64,000 nt of DNA from Patescibacteria group bacterium (GCA_038065615.1 JBBTQQ010000008.1:10658-74657); one strand, 5' to 3'; shown: positions 26,906 through 36,942, counted from the stretch's first letter. Translations and numbers: made by a program. Notes: generated by a model from the sequence alone, not told the origin.

Positions 26906-29461
26906 TTATTGTATATACACCTTTATACTCTCAACATCTTTGTTTCTCCACGCCACATTAGCTCGTATTTGTTCTAAGGACTGCTGTATAGCTCTTTCTG
27001 CTGCAGGAGCCAAGTTCTTCTTAAAGAACTCTGATATATCATCCGCGTCTTTTGTGGTTGTAAAGAACTCAAGAGCGCTCGCTATTCTTGAAAGTGAGTG
27101 TCCCCCATCTCCAAACTTGTTTAGCAAGTATTTCCAATTTTGCTTAACAAATTTCCATGCTAGATGTTTACTGTTTCTCGCTGAAAACGCAACTGCAAGG
27201 AATAGTGTTGTGTCTTGATTACGGACTTCTTTAGAAAGGAAAAACTTTAAAACATCCGCAACAATAGCTGGTTCTTTGAAAAGTGGTAATACTCTAGCAA
27301 CACGATGCTTTTCTTCGTGTAATTTCGCATGTTTGTAAATCTTTCTAAGTTGCTTGTATTCATCAAGCGCACCATTTCCAGCAACTGCTGCATAAACAAT
27401 TGATTTAATATCAGGATCAATGTGTTTTCCTTTAAGTAATGACTTAAACAAAACTTTGCATTTTGCAATTACCTGTTCATCTTTGTATTTAACCGCATTC
27501 GCAAGTATTAAAGACCTTAGTAAACTATCAGAATGCGATTCTTTTGATTTTTTGCTCCAATCAACTTTCTTAACCATTGGTGAAAAGATGTTTCTGCAAT
27601 ATGTTTTAAAGTCTTTTCTAAATGGTTCGTTTTCCAAAATCCTTGAAACATGAGAAAGTCCTGATGATATCTCAACCCAAACATTGTAGTTATCCTCGTT
27701 CTTGTAAGCTTCCAGAAGGTCTAAAACTTCAGTTGTTGGTATATATCCACCCTGAGCAAGCGCAAAAGCATTACTAATTAACCCTAAACGGTCCTTAGGA
27801 TCAAGTTTCCTCTTCAAAATTGCCTCTTTAAGGTCGTCTAAGAAAGCGTGCTGATACTTAACGCGATAAAAACCGGTTTCATTAAGGTTTAATTTAATCC
27901 ACTCCCCTTTTTTGAGAGGTTTAATTACTGAAGACGATTTTTCAATTAAAATATTCTCCGCTCTATTTCTGCTTCTAAAAACTGTAGCAGGAATTTTCCA
28001 AAGTGTTTTTTTCTTGTTTGCTTTTCTAGAAATGGGGCTTGAGAAAAAGCGTTCTTGAGACAAGGAGATGTTTCCTTTGGTATCCTTTGTTTCAACAGAA
28101 ATTACCGGATATCCTGCTTGCCTGGTCCAAGTGCGCATCATTGGGGCAATTTTCTTTTCAGAAACTTTTTCAAAAGCACGCCATAGATCTTCAGTTATGG
28201 CATTCCCATAAGCGTGTTTTTTTAGATAGTGTCTTAAGCCATCTCTAAAGTCTTTTTCTCCCAAGTAGTTTGCAAGCATACGGATAATACTTGAGCCTTT
28301 TGAATAGCTGACAGTATCAAATATTTCATCAATTTCCTTGGGATGATGTACTTCTACTTCAATTGGATGGGTATTTTTAAGTGCATCAAGACTTAAAGCA
28401 AGTCCTAAGTCTCCAAAAACGAATTGATCCCACATTTTCCAGGAAGGAAATATATGATCAAGCGCAAGATACTCTATGTAAGAAGCAAAACCTTCATTCA
28501 ACCAAAGATCAGTCCACCAATCCATTGTTACTAAGTTTCCAAACCATTGATGCGCTAATTCATGAGATATTGTTAAAGCAACACGTTGTTTTGTAGAAAG
28601 CTCTGATTGATCCGGATCAATCAAAAGCGATGTTTCTCTGTAAGTAATGGCACCCCAATTTTCCATAGCTCCTGCAGAAAAGTCTGGAATAGCGATCATA
28701 TCTAGAACAGGTAGAGGGTATTTAATATCAAAATACCGCTCATAGAAATCAAGAGCTTTTATAGCAACGCTTAAAGCAAACTCAGCTTGTTTCTTCTTGC
28801 CAGGAGTTACAAAGACCCTAACTAAAACTTTGTTTTTAGTTTTACCTTCGATGAATTCAAAATTACCGACTATGAAAGCAAGTAAATACGTTGACATCTT
28901 AGGGGTTGGAGCAAACTCAACAACTTCCCATCCTTGATGTTCTTGTATGGCTATTGGTAATGTATTTGATATTGCGTGCAAACCTTTTTCTACCATCAAA
29001 GTAACATCAAAAACAGCTTTTGCTGATGGCTCATCAAAACAAGGGAAAGCATTTCGCGCAAAAGTTGATTCAAATTGCGTTGTTGCAATGTGCTTTGTCT
29101 TACCTTCGTGTTCGTAACTGCTTCTGTAAAAACCATTCAAACGATCTTCTAACAAACCTTTAAATTTAATTCCAAGCTCTCCCCTGCCCTTTGGTAATTT
29201 TGTTCTGAACAAAAAAATTGCAGTCTCAGAAACAATGTCATATTTAATTCTTGCTTTATGCTTTTTCTTCAAATCAAAATATTCTACTGATTCAATAACC
29301 AAACCCTTAGAGTGAAGCACTATCTCACTGGTTGCTTTCAAAAGCTTTAAAGAGATTGTTTCTTCAGCGTCATACTTAAAACTTTTCAAATCTGGCTTAA
29401 TGAAAATCTTGTAATGTTCAGGTAGAACGCTTTTTGATAATCTTACTTTCTTGTTTTTCAT
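26906..29461 (-). CDS. pepN: Aminopeptidase N (M1 family)
   Basis: GAMENWG exopeptidase motif and HELAHQWFGNLVTMDWWTDLWLNEGFASY zinc-binding motif. Start chosen at MKNKKV (AAGGT 4 nt upstream) rather than the longer ORF start at 29497, which falls inside a hairpin. Confidence 0.9.
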   Translation of the reverse strand: MKNKKVRLSKSVLPEHYKIFIKPDLKSFKYDAEETISLKLLKATSEIVLHSKGLVIESVEYFDLKKKHKARIKYDIVSETAIFLFRTKLPKGRGELGIKFKGLLEDRLNGFYRSSYEHEGKTKHIATTQFESTFARNAFPCFDEPSAKAVFDVTLMVEKGLHAISNTLPIAIQEHQGWEVVEFAPTPKMSTYLLAFIVGNFEFIEGKTKNKVLVRVFVTPGKKKQAEFALSVAIKALDFYERYFDIKYPLPVLDMIAIPDFSAGAMENWGAITYRETSLLIDPDQSELSTKQRVALTISHELAHQWFGNLVTMDWWTDLWLNEGFASYIEYLALDHIFPSWKMWDQFVFGDLGLALSLDALKNTHPIEVEVHHPKEIDEIFDTVSYSKGSSIIRMLANYLGEKDFRDGLRHYLKKHAYGNAITEDLWRAFEKVSEKKIAPMMRTWTRQAGYPVISVETKDTKGNISLSQERFFSSPISRKANKKKTLWKIPATVFRSRNRAENILIEKSSSVIKPLKKGEWIKLNLNETGFYRVKYQHAFLDDLKEAILKRKLDPKDRLGLISNAFALAQGGYIPTTEVLDLLEAYKNEDNYNVWVEISSGLSHVSRILENEPFRKDFKTYCRNIFSPMVKKVDWSKKSKESHSDSLLRSLILANAVKYKDEQVIAKCKVLFKSLLKGKHIDPDIKSIVYAAVAGNGALDEYKQLRKIYKHAKLHEEKHRVARVLPLFKEPAIVADVLKFFLSKEVRNQDTTLFLAVAFSARNSKHLAWKFVKQNWKYLLNKFGDGGHSLSRIASALEFFTTTKDADDISEFFKKNLAPAAERAIQQSLEQIRANVAWRNKDVESIKVYIQ

Positions 29462-29487
29462 ATACCTTAGTTTAACAAAAACAACAA

Positions 29488-29515
29488 AGACCTGCACCTT
29501 GGGGGGCGCAGGTCT
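29488..29515 (-). terminator. Hairpin AGACCTGC...GCAGGTCT between the ABC ATPase stop and the pepN RBS (possible partial terminator or stability element)
   Basis: 8-bp stem with a 12-nt loop, followed on the minus strand by TTTGTTGTTTTTGTT. Only about 25 nt separate it from the pepN ATG. Confidence 0.4.
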
Positions 29516-29529
29516 TATCTTTTGAAAGT

Positions 29530-30222
29530 CTAATTATCAACTATTGCTTGAATATGTTCTACGTATTTTCTAAAAATAGGGTCCTCTTTCTGTCTTGGTC
29601 TCTTAAGATCAATAGTTATTTCTCTCCTAATCTTACCTTTGTCCATTATTACTACTCGGTCAGCTAAAAAGACTGCTTCTTCAATTGAATAGGAAACCAT
29701 TAAGACCGTCAGTTTGTTTGTTCTCCAAAGCCCTAAAAGCAGTGAATACAGCTCTTCAGCTATCTTTATGTCTAAAGCCGAAAAAGGCTCGTCTAAGAGC
29801 AGTATTTTGCGTTTTACAGCCATTGCCCGAGCTAAACCAACTCTTTGTTTTTGCCCACCAGAAAGCTCCTTTGGATACCTCTTTTCTAAACTCTTTATCC
29901 CAAGCTCAGAAAGGAGTTGTTCTATCTGTTTTTTTGGTGTATCTAATCCTTGAACCATAAAAGGAAAAGAAACATTTTGTTTTACTGTAAGCCAAGGAAG
30001 AAGGGCGCTACTCTGAAAAACCATTGCACTTTGATCGTCTGCATGTACAACACCTTTGCTTGGTTCAATTAATCCCGCCACTATTTTCAGTAAAGCAGTT
30101 TTTCCACTCCCCGATTCTCCAACAATACAAACAAATTCACCCGAGTCTATACTCAAATCCACATCTCTTAGGATTTCTTGTTTGTCATAATTTTTATAAA
30201 TGTTTTCAAGGATTATCTTCAT
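29530..30222 (-). CDS. ABC transporter ATP-binding protein (NitT/TauT-like)
   Basis: Walker A GESGSGKT, signature LSGGQKQRV, Walker B LLLDEPFSALD. Confidence 0.85.
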   Translation of the reverse strand: MKIILENIYKNYDKQEILRDVDLSIDSGEFVCIVGESGSGKTALLKIVAGLIEPSKGVVHADDQSAMVFQSSALLPWLTVKQNVSFPFMVQGLDTPKKQIEQLLSELGIKSLEKRYPKELSGGQKQRVGLARAMAVKRKILLLDEPFSALDIKIAEELYSLLLGLWRTNKLTVLMVSYSIEEAVFLADRVVIMDKGKIRREITIDLKRPRQKEDPIFRKYVEHIQAIVDN

Positions 30223-31016
30223 TCGAATTTAAACCTTTCGCCAAACTCAGTTAATCTATGCCAAACTAAACGATCTACAATTAGAATCAAAGCAACTAAG
30301 ACAAGGAGAGATGCGATGAACAAACCAATGTTGTATCCTGCTGAAACAGATAAAAGATTTCCTAACCCTGGCAAACTAATCTGAATGTTTCCGTAATTTA
30401 TGTATTCAGAGATTATTATCACATTCCAACCTTCTCCGAAAGAAAGAATCGAACCTGTTACAAGCTGCGGAAAAATTGCTGGAAGTATAACTTTAAAAAA
30501 CATTTGAATTCCTTTTGCATTGTAAACCCTTGCAGCATCAAAGATTTCCTCTGGGATTAAATGTAGTCCTCCTAAAGCACCAAACAAGATTGACCAGAAC
30601 ATGGCTATTACTAAAACAAGTTGTGCTGCTAACTCTGCTAAATGTAGTTGCGCAAAAACAACAATAATTAGAGGAAAGAAAGCAAGAACAGGAACGCTTT
30701 GCAATATATCAAAAATTGGAACTAAGAAGTTTTCAACTTTTTTGTGTCTAGTAACAACAAAAACTACTAGAAGCGCTAAAAACAAGGAAACAAAATATGC
30801 GGCGCAAAGCCTTAAGAAAGTATACCCGGAATACAGCAGTAATTGAGTTATTGACACATCTTTAAATATCAAAAAAATCTTTGATAAATCTATTGTTTTA
30901 AATCCGCTTTCTAGATATATGGCTAGAGTGGCAATAATCAAAAAGCTGAGTATATAAAAGAATACTCGGCTTCCAAAAGAGTGTTTTCTTAGATGATATT
31001 TTGTATGTCTGAACAT
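30219..31016 (-). CDS. ABC transporter permease (SsuC/TauC-like)
   Basis: 6-TM permease with an EAA-like loop. Overlaps the ATPase gene by 4 nt. Confidence 0.8.
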   Translation of the reverse strand: MFRHTKYHLRKHSFGSRVFFYILSFLIIATLAIYLESGFKTIDLSKIFLIFKDVSITQLLLYSGYTFLRLCAAYFVSLFLALLVVFVVTRHKKVENFLVPIFDILQSVPVLAFFPLIIVVFAQLHLAELAAQLVLVIAMFWSILFGALGGLHLIPEEIFDAARVYNAKGIQMFFKVILPAIFPQLVTGSILSFGEGWNVIIISEYINYGNIQISLPGLGNLLSVSAGYNIGLFIASLLVLVALILIVDRLVWHRLTEFGERFKFE

Positions 31017-31037
31017 TTTTGTTTTGAGGCCTTGTTT

Positions 31038-31310
31038 TTAAGGGTACACCTGAGTACCATCTTCTTCATAAAGGTAAATCGCAAGTGTTGGACAGCTCTG
31101 TGCCGCAAGCATTAAAGTATCATCATCAACCGCGCTTACTTCAAGCATATCAACATCTGTTTTTCCAGAATCTCTAATGCCATCTTTCTTCAAGATCACT
31201 GCTTTGTTATCATCATCTAATTGAAAGACTTCTGGATACAAAGCAACACAAGAAGCCGCGCCAATACACAGTTCCCTATCAACCATCAGGTATTTAATCT
31301 TTCCCGCCAT
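31038..31310 (-). CDS. Ferredoxin-like single-cluster 4Fe-4S protein
   Basis: 90 aa with the CIGAASCVALYPEVF ... AAQSCPTLAI pattern of PF13370-type ferredoxins. Confidence 0.6.
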   Translation of the reverse strand: MAGKIKYLMVDRELCIGAASCVALYPEVFQLDDDNKAVILKKDGIRDSGKTDVDMLEVSAVDDDTLMLAAQSCPTLAIYLYEEDGTQVYP

Positions 31311-31576
31311 TATTTCATCTCCACGTATTTAATGTTTTTTAAATTAGGACAAGCTTCTTGGATGTATCTATTCAATATCTTTCCGTATGTAATTGGAGCC
31401 ATAGGGCAACCCGCGCAATGTCCTTTTAAAGCAAGAACAACTTCATCCTCAGTTGCTTTAATGATCTCAACACCACCTTGATGCGCTTTAACAATCGGGT
31501 CAATCTTAGCAATCTGTTCTCTTACAGCAGCAAGTATTGTCTTGTCCATTATTGAAATACCAAGATTTAAGTTCAT
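31310..31576 (-). CDS. NifU-like Fe-S cluster assembly domain protein
   Basis: GGVEIIKA...LKGHCAGCPMA matches the NifU C-terminal domain. Confidence 0.7.
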   Translation of the reverse strand: MNLNLGISIMDKTILAAVREQIAKIDPIVKAHQGGVEIIKATEDEVVLALKGHCAGCPMAPITYGKILNRYIQEACPNLKNIKYVEMK

Positions 31577-31585
31577 AACTAGATA

Positions 31586-32818
31586 TTAATGCTTTTTGTT
31601 CAAGGATTCAACTCTACGAAGTTCTTTGATTATTGGTCCGCTTACTTTAACAAACTCATCAAGATCAGATTTCTTGGTAGATCTTCCAAGAGTAATACGT
31701 ACACTTGCCTTAGCGTCATACTTGTCCAAACCAATTGCTAAGAGAACATGTGACGGATCCAGGCTGGTTGAGGCACAAGCAGAGCCAGTTGAAACAGCAA
31801 ACCCTTGAGCATCAAGATACAAAAGCAACGCTTCTCCGTCTATACCAACAAAAGAAAAATTAATATTGTTAGGTAAGCGTAAAATATTTTTCTCTGAATC
31901 TTTTTCAACAGAAGGACCATTTAATATTGAACCTGGAATTGTTTTTTGAATCCTTGAGATCAAATAGTTTCTTAAAGTCCTTAATCTCTTGTTTTCTGAC
32001 TTTTTTAAACGTTCAGCAATCTCTAATGCTTTTGCAAAACCAATAATCCCGGAAGTATTTTCTGTTCCTGAACGCAAACCTCTTTCCTGTCCCCCGCCAT
32101 AGATCAAAGGTTTTAATTTAACCCCGTTTCTTACATACAACAAACCAACTTGTTTTGGTCCATAAATCTTGCTTGCATTTAAAGTCATTAAATCAACACC
32201 AAGCTTGTTAACATTCAAATCCAAAGCACCAACTGCTTGGCACGCATCAGTGTGCGAAAGAATCTTTTGTTTCCTATTCAAATTTGCTTTTCTAATTACC
32301 TTAGCTAACTCGTTTATTGGTTGAACTGTTCCAATCTCGTTATTTGCATAAATCACACTTACTAAAACAGTGTTCTTTTTAATTGCTTTAGCAAGCTCTT
32401 TTGAATTAACAAAACCTTGATTATTAACTTTGAGTATTGTTAATTCAACGCCCTCACTTTTTAAAGCTTTTGCGCTTTCTAAAACAGCATGATGTTCAAT
32501 AGCAGAAACTATGATGTGTGGTTTTTTGAATCCAGAAGAAATTGCTTGTCTTACAACCCCAAACAAAGCAAGGTTAACGGATTCAGTTCCCCCACCTGTG
32601 AATATTATCTCACTCTCTCTTGCTCCAATTATGTCTGCTATTGTTTTCCTTGCTGTATCAATATCAAATTTAGCTTCCATTCCAAGCTCATAAATACTAG
32701 AAGCATTCCCAAACTTTTCTGATAAATATGGTTGCATAGCACGAACAACCTCCTGATCTAGAGGTGTTGTTGCGGCATGGTCTAGATATATTAATTTTCT
32801 CTTTTTATTCCCTAACAT
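31586..32818 (-). CDS. iscS: Cysteine desulfurase (IscS/NifS family)
   Basis: Class V aminotransferase fold with a PLP-lysine region (LNASKIYGPK) and the SGSACAS active-site cysteine loop. Confidence 0.9.
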   Translation of the reverse strand: MLGNKKRKLIYLDHAATTPLDQEVVRAMQPYLSEKFGNASSIYELGMEAKFDIDTARKTIADIIGARESEIIFTGGGTESVNLALFGVVRQAISSGFKKPHIIVSAIEHHAVLESAKALKSEGVELTILKVNNQGFVNSKELAKAIKKNTVLVSVIYANNEIGTVQPINELAKVIRKANLNRKQKILSHTDACQAVGALDLNVNKLGVDLMTLNASKIYGPKQVGLLYVRNGVKLKPLIYGGGQERGLRSGTENTSGIIGFAKALEIAERLKKSENKRLRTLRNYLISRIQKTIPGSILNGPSVEKDSEKNILRLPNNINFSFVGIDGEALLLYLDAQGFAVSTGSACASTSLDPSHVLLAIGLDKYDAKASVRITLGRSTKKSDLDEFVKVSGPIIKELRRVESLNKKH

Positions 32819-32869
32819 ACAGCAAATTATCTCATATTTGACCTATTTCTTCAATGTTCTAAAATTAAG

Positions 32870-33130
32870 TTGTTGACTAGCTCAGTCCCGCCGGAGGGTG
32901 GGCTGATCAACCAGGGCAAAGCTTGCCCAGGTATCTCGCATGAACTCTTATGCAAACTGGGTAGGGAGCCAATCCATCCATCCTGCTTGCCTACACAGGA
33001 GATATCTTAAGAGCGGAGTGTGCCCAGAGAAATTGCGAGGAGTGAAAAGGATGGGGATGGGGCCAGAAGGCCTCTCGGGGGTTGTGTACGCCTTTGTTGG
33101 CCTCTACACAACCCTCTTCCCAATTGCTTG
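32870..33130. ncRNA. GC-rich, highly self-complementary intergenic element (candidate structured RNA or leader); class unidentified
   Basis: About 55% GC in a 35% GC context. Stems seen: CCAGGGCAA-agc-TTGCCCAGG (32911-32931), GGCC-agaa-GGCC (33061-33072), GGGTTGTGTA...TACACAACCC (33078-33114). Checked by eye for RNase P, tmRNA, SRP and 5S motifs and found no match. Confidence 0.35.
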
Positions 33131-33163
33131 AATGCTTTGATTACTGTAATATCTTAAGTACAT

Positions 33164-34441
33164 ATGCAATACGCATTCATCTTAGGGAGGGTGTATACAT
33201 TATCTATTGCTGAACTTCTAGTTGTCCTTCAAGACGAGCTTGTTGATCATGATGTGCCCTTTAAAATCATAGCCGCTTCCATTGAAGCGTTAATCATTGA
33301 AACTGAAAAACAAATAGATCATGAAAAACTCCAGCGTCGTTTAGGTGGAGTCATTAAAATTATAAAAATAGTTGATTCCGTTAAAAAGCGTCCTCAAGAT
33401 TCCATAAACTTTGCGCTTCAAAATTACTTTAAACCAAGCAAATTAAAAAAAGACTTCCTTAAAGAATACTCTGGAAAAAAACAATTCGGAGTAAGCGTGT
33501 ACTTGCTTGATCCAACAATCAAAGGTTTTGGGGAACCAAAACGCCTTGGTATGTTCATCAAGAAAGGATTACAAGAGGAAGGCGCTTCAATTAGAGTTTG
33601 CTTGCCTGATTACAATTCCCTTTCTCTTGCCTCTGTTGTTGTTACAAAAAACCTCTTACTACAAAAAGGCGCTGAGATTGTTGTAATAGCTGGAATTGAT
33701 CGAGTCTATGTTGGTAAAACTTTGATTGTTCAAGACTTTGAAGACTATGGTAGACGCGACTATCAACGACCAATACGAGATGACAAACAAGGGATGATTC
33801 CACCAAAGGTTGCTCAGATAATGATCAACTTCGCGCGTTTGCCAAAAAACGCAATTGTTTTAGATCCTTTTTGTGGTATTGGAACAATCATTCAAGAAGC
33901 AATTCTTCTGGGTTACAAAGGATATGGATCTGATATTGCTAAGTTTGCAATATCTGGGAGTGAGAAAAACCTTGAATGGTTTAGAAACAGGTACAAAATT
34001 CCTCCTGGTAAATACAAACTTGAGGTCGCAGATGTAGCTGATGTAGCCACTACTTTCAAAGGAGAAAAGATCGCAGGAATTGTAACTGAGGGATATTTGG
34101 GACCAATGTATGGCTCTTTCCCTAAAGACTCAGATATTCAAAAGAACTTCGAAGACCTTAAAAAACTATGGATATCTGCTTTCAAAGCTTTAAAGAACCT
34201 CCTTCCTAAAGGGTCCAGGGTTGTCATCTGTCTTCCTTGCTACAGAAAAGACGCTGACTCATATATCCCCTTTCCAAGCGTTGACTTCATCACTGATTTA
34301 GGCTACAATATTGAAGATCTATTTCCTCCTACTGCTAAAAAATTGATGCCGTTCTTAAAGCTTACAGAACGAAACTCAATGATCTATGATCGTAAAGATC
34401 AGGTTGTAGCAAGAGAAATTATCACGTTCATTAATAATTAA
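33164..34441 (+). CDS. SAM-dependent RNA (guanine-N2) methyltransferase, Trm11/UPF0020-like
   Basis: LDPFCGIGTIIQEAILLGYKGYGSDI motif I region and the overall architecture of Trm11/RlmL-type N2-G methyltransferases. The ATG appears to sit directly at the promoter -10 (possibly leaderless). Confidence 0.6.
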   Translation: MQYAFILGRVYTLSIAELLVVLQDELVDHDVPFKIIAASIEALIIETEKQIDHEKLQRRLGGVIKIIKIVDSVKKRPQDSINFALQNYFKPSKLKKDFLKEYSGKKQFGVSVYLLDPTIKGFGEPKRLGMFIKKGLQEEGASIRVCLPDYNSLSLASVVVTKNLLLQKGAEIVVIAGIDRVYVGKTLIVQDFEDYGRRDYQRPIRDDKQGMIPPKVAQIMINFARLPKNAIVLDPFCGIGTIIQEAILLGYKGYGSDIAKFAISGSEKNLEWFRNRYKIPPGKYKLEVADVADVATTFKGEKIAGIVTEGYLGPMYGSFPKDSDIQKNFEDLKKLWISAFKALKNLLPKGSRVVICLPCYRKDADSYIPFPSVDFITDLGYNIEDLFPPTAKKLMPFLKLTERNSMIYDRKDQVVAREIITFINN

Positions 34442-34451
34442 CAGCTAACAA

Positions 34452-34736
34452 ATGGCACATAAGAAAGCCGGAGGTAGTACCTCGTTAGGCCGCGATAGCG
34501 TTTCCAAACGTCTTGGAGTAAAAATATTCGGTGCACAGAAAGTCTCTGTCGGCAATGTAATTGTCCGACAACACGGTAGCAAATTCAGAGCAGGAAAAAA
34601 TGTGCGAATGGGTGGCGATTGCACTTTGTATGCAACAGCCAACGGATTCGTAAAGTTCTCCAACAAGAAGGTTAAAAGGTTCAATGGAGCGCTAGCGAAG
34701 ACACGTATCGTAAACGTTGTTCTAAACAAAGCTTAA
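34452..34736 (+). CDS. rpmA: 50S ribosomal protein L27
   Basis: [17 protein letters not shown]-terminus and L27 family similarity. Confidence 0.9.
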   Translation: MAHKKAGGSTSLGRDSVSKRLGVKIFGAQKVSVGNVIVRQHGSKFRAGKNVRMGGDCTLYATANGFVKFSNKKVKRFNGALAKTRIVNVVLNKA

Positions 34737-34761
34737 CAATTACTTCTGTAAGATATATTAA

Positions 34762-34783
34762 AACCCCTCGCTTGAGGGGTTTT
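34762..34783. terminator. Bidirectional terminator AAAACCCCTC-gctt-GAGGGGTTTT
   Basis: Perfect 10-bp palindrome with flanking A/T runs. Lies between convergent rpmA and pyrG. Confidence 0.75.
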
Positions 34784-34790
34784 AATTATG

Positions 34791-36464
34791 TTATTTTTTC
34801 AGCTTAGCTACTGCTTTCATGAATCCTTCAAACAAAGGATGCGGTCTTAGTGGTCTTGATTTGAATTCTGGATGGAACTGGCTTCCCATAAAAAACGGGT
34901 GTCCTGGGAGTTCAATTATTTCTGCCAGCTTTCCATCAGGAGATGTTCCTGAGAAAACCAAACCTGCTTTTTCTAACACACCTCTGTACTTGTTGTTAAC
35001 CTCGTATCTATGTCTGTGTCTTTCAGAAATTCTTCTTTGCTTGTACAAGGATTCTGCTTGGCTTCCTTTTCTTAAAACACAATCCCAAGCGCCAAGTCTC
35101 ATAGAAGCACCATAGTCTCTAACAAGAAGTTTCTTTTCTTGATCAGGCATAATATGAATTACAGGATGTTTTGTCTCATCATCAACCTCTGTTGTATTTG
35201 CATTTTTTAGCCTAGCAACGTTCCTTGCGTATTCAATTGTTGCCATCTGCATTCCATAACACAAACCTAAGTACGGAATTTTGTTTTTTCTAGCATACTC
35301 AATAGCTTGAATCATTCCTTCAGTACCTCTTTTTCCAAATCCACCTGGTACAACTATTCCATCAAAACCAGCAAGTATCTTTTTAGCACCTTCATTTTCT
35401 ACTTTCAATGCGTCAATCCATGTTAATTTTGGATTAGCTTTGTTTGACCACGCGGCGTGTTTCAAGGACTCAATTACTGAAACATACGAATCAGCAAGCT
35501 CAAACTTTCCTGTGCCAAAGTATTTTCCTACAATGGCAATGTTTAAATCTCTCTTTACACTCTTAATCTTCTTAACAAAGTTTCGCCATTCTTTCATGTC
35601 TCTTTTTCTTGGTCTCATTTTCAACTTCTCAAGAATTATATCCCCTGCGTTTTGTTCTTCTAAGATTACAGGAACTTCATAGATTGACTTAACATCAGGG
35701 TTTGAAAGCACCGCTTTTTTGTCTACATTACAAAACAAAGCGATTCTTTCTTTTCTCTTGTCATCAATAACGGTTTCAGCGCGACCAACAATAATGTCAG
35801 GTTCAATACCCATTGAATTAAGCATTCTAACTGATTGCTGGACAGGCTTAGATTTCATTTCACCAAGGTATGAAGGAACTGGTAAGTATGCAACGTGAAT
35901 ATGCAAGATATCAGCAGGATGTCTTAATTTCATTATACGAGTTGCTTCAAAGAAAATGGCATTCTGGTATTCACCAACTGTTCCACCTAACTCAATTAAA
36001 ACAATATCAGCATTTTTAGCAGCCATCATAAATCTTCTGATGATTTCATCAGTAACATGCGGAATTGCTTCAACGTCTTCACCTTCATATTCAAAAGCGC
36101 GTTCTTTTCTTAAAACCTCGCCATAGATCTGACCAGTAGTAATGTAGTTTATTTTGTTCAGCGGTTTATCAATGAAACGTTCATAATGACCAAGATCTTG
36201 GTCTGTTTCCATACCATCGTCAGTAACAAAGACTTCACCGTGCTCTTGTGGTCTGATTGTTCCTGCATCTTGGTTTAAATACATATCAACTTTAACTGGA
36301 GATATGTTTAAACCTCTAGATTGCAAGATTGCACCGATTGATGCAGAGGTAATCCCTTTTCCAATCCCTGAAATGACACCTCCTGATATGAAGATGAATT
36401 TAGGATGCTTCTTTAGCTTCTTGACCTTTGCTCTAGTTGTTTTGCTTTTTGCTGTCATTTTCAT
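34791..36464 (-). CDS. pyrG: CTP synthase
   Basis: ISGGVISGIGKG synthase motif and a C-terminal class I glutamine amidotransferase (LCYGMQ). Confidence 0.95.
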   Translation of the reverse strand: MKMTAKSKTTRAKVKKLKKHPKFIFISGGVISGIGKGITSASIGAILQSRGLNISPVKVDMYLNQDAGTIRPQEHGEVFVTDDGMETDQDLGHYERFIDKPLNKINYITTGQIYGEVLRKERAFEYEGEDVEAIPHVTDEIIRRFMMAAKNADIVLIELGGTVGEYQNAIFFEATRIMKLRHPADILHIHVAYLPVPSYLGEMKSKPVQQSVRMLNSMGIEPDIIVGRAETVIDDKRKERIALFCNVDKKAVLSNPDVKSIYEVPVILEEQNAGDIILEKLKMRPRKRDMKEWRNFVKKIKSVKRDLNIAIVGKYFGTGKFELADSYVSVIESLKHAAWSNKANPKLTWIDALKVENEGAKKILAGFDGIVVPGGFGKRGTEGMIQAIEYARKNKIPYLGLCYGMQMATIEYARNVARLKNANTTEVDDETKHPVIHIMPDQEKKLLVRDYGASMRLGAWDCVLRKGSQAESLYKQRRISERHRHRYEVNNKYRGVLEKAGLVFSGTSPDGKLAEIIELPGHPFFMGSQFHPEFKSRPLRPHPLFEGFMKAVAKLKK

Positions 36465-36900
36465 TGATTAGCTTAATTTTAGATTTTGCTGTAATGCCAT
36501 TGGTTAACTTAATTTCAAACTCATACTCCCCTAGCTCTTTAATCTTTGGTAAAGTGATCTGGTTTTTTTCAAGTTCAACTTTCATCTTCTCCTTTATTCT
36601 TCCCAACACATCTTTCTCATGAACTGAACCGAATATGTGTCCTTTGTCTCCAACTTTAACTGCTAGTGTGAAAGTTCTGTTTGCAAAATCATCTTTCAGT
36701 TTTTGTGCTTGCTCTGTTTCTTTTCTCTTCTTAGCATCTGCTTGAGCTTTTTCATTCTGTATCTTGCTTATGATCTGAATTGTCGCAGGGACTGCATACC
36801 CTTTAGAGATTAAGAAGTTGCGGGCATAACCGTCATTAAACTCTTTGACTTCTCCTTTTTTTCCTGTTCCTGACAGTTCTTTGATGAATACAACTTGCAT
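36433..36900 (-). CDS. rplI: 50S ribosomal protein L9
   Basis: MQVVFIKELSGTGKKGEVKEFNDGYARNFL N-domain and L9 C-domain. Overlaps the pyrG start. Confidence 0.85.
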   Translation of the reverse strand: MQVVFIKELSGTGKKGEVKEFNDGYARNFLISKGYAVPATIQIISKIQNEKAQADAKKRKETEQAQKLKDDFANRTFTLAVKVGDKGHIFGSVHEKDVLGRIKEKMKVELEKNQITLPKIKELGEYEFEIKLTNGITAKSKIKLINENDSKKQNN

Positions 36901-36925
36901 GCGGGGAATGTATAAAAAATAAAGG

Positions 36926-36942
36926 CCTCTCCGTGGGAGAGG
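36926..36942 (-). terminator. Terminator hairpin CCTCTCC-gtg-GGAGAGG with U-tracts on both strands (3' of ftsX)
   Basis: 7-bp GC-rich stem. The minus strand is followed by CCTTTATTTTTTATAC. Confidence 0.6.

Noticed and set aside
29462-29497. Longer pepN start at 29497 (MQVFVVFVKLRY...)
   Set aside because: That start codon would lie inside the intergenic hairpin (29488-29515) and adds a hydrophobic non-conserved extension. MKNKKV at 29461 has an AAGGT RBS and matches the usual pepN N-terminus.
32940-33131. 63-aa ORF inside the GC-rich intergenic element
   Set aside because: It overlaps the strongest predicted RNA stems, has no RBS, and its composition (G/V/L-rich) is what any frame through GC-rich structured RNA yields. 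The region is treated as a candidate RNA instead.
32860-33140. Possible RNase P RNA, tmRNA, SRP RNA or 5S rRNA
   Set aside because: I looked for the P4/CR-I AGGAAAGUCCGGGCUCC core, the tmRNA tag-ORF and T-arm/CCA end, the SRP GGUCAGGUCCGGAAGGAAGCAGCC motif and the 5S consensus on both strands. None is present.
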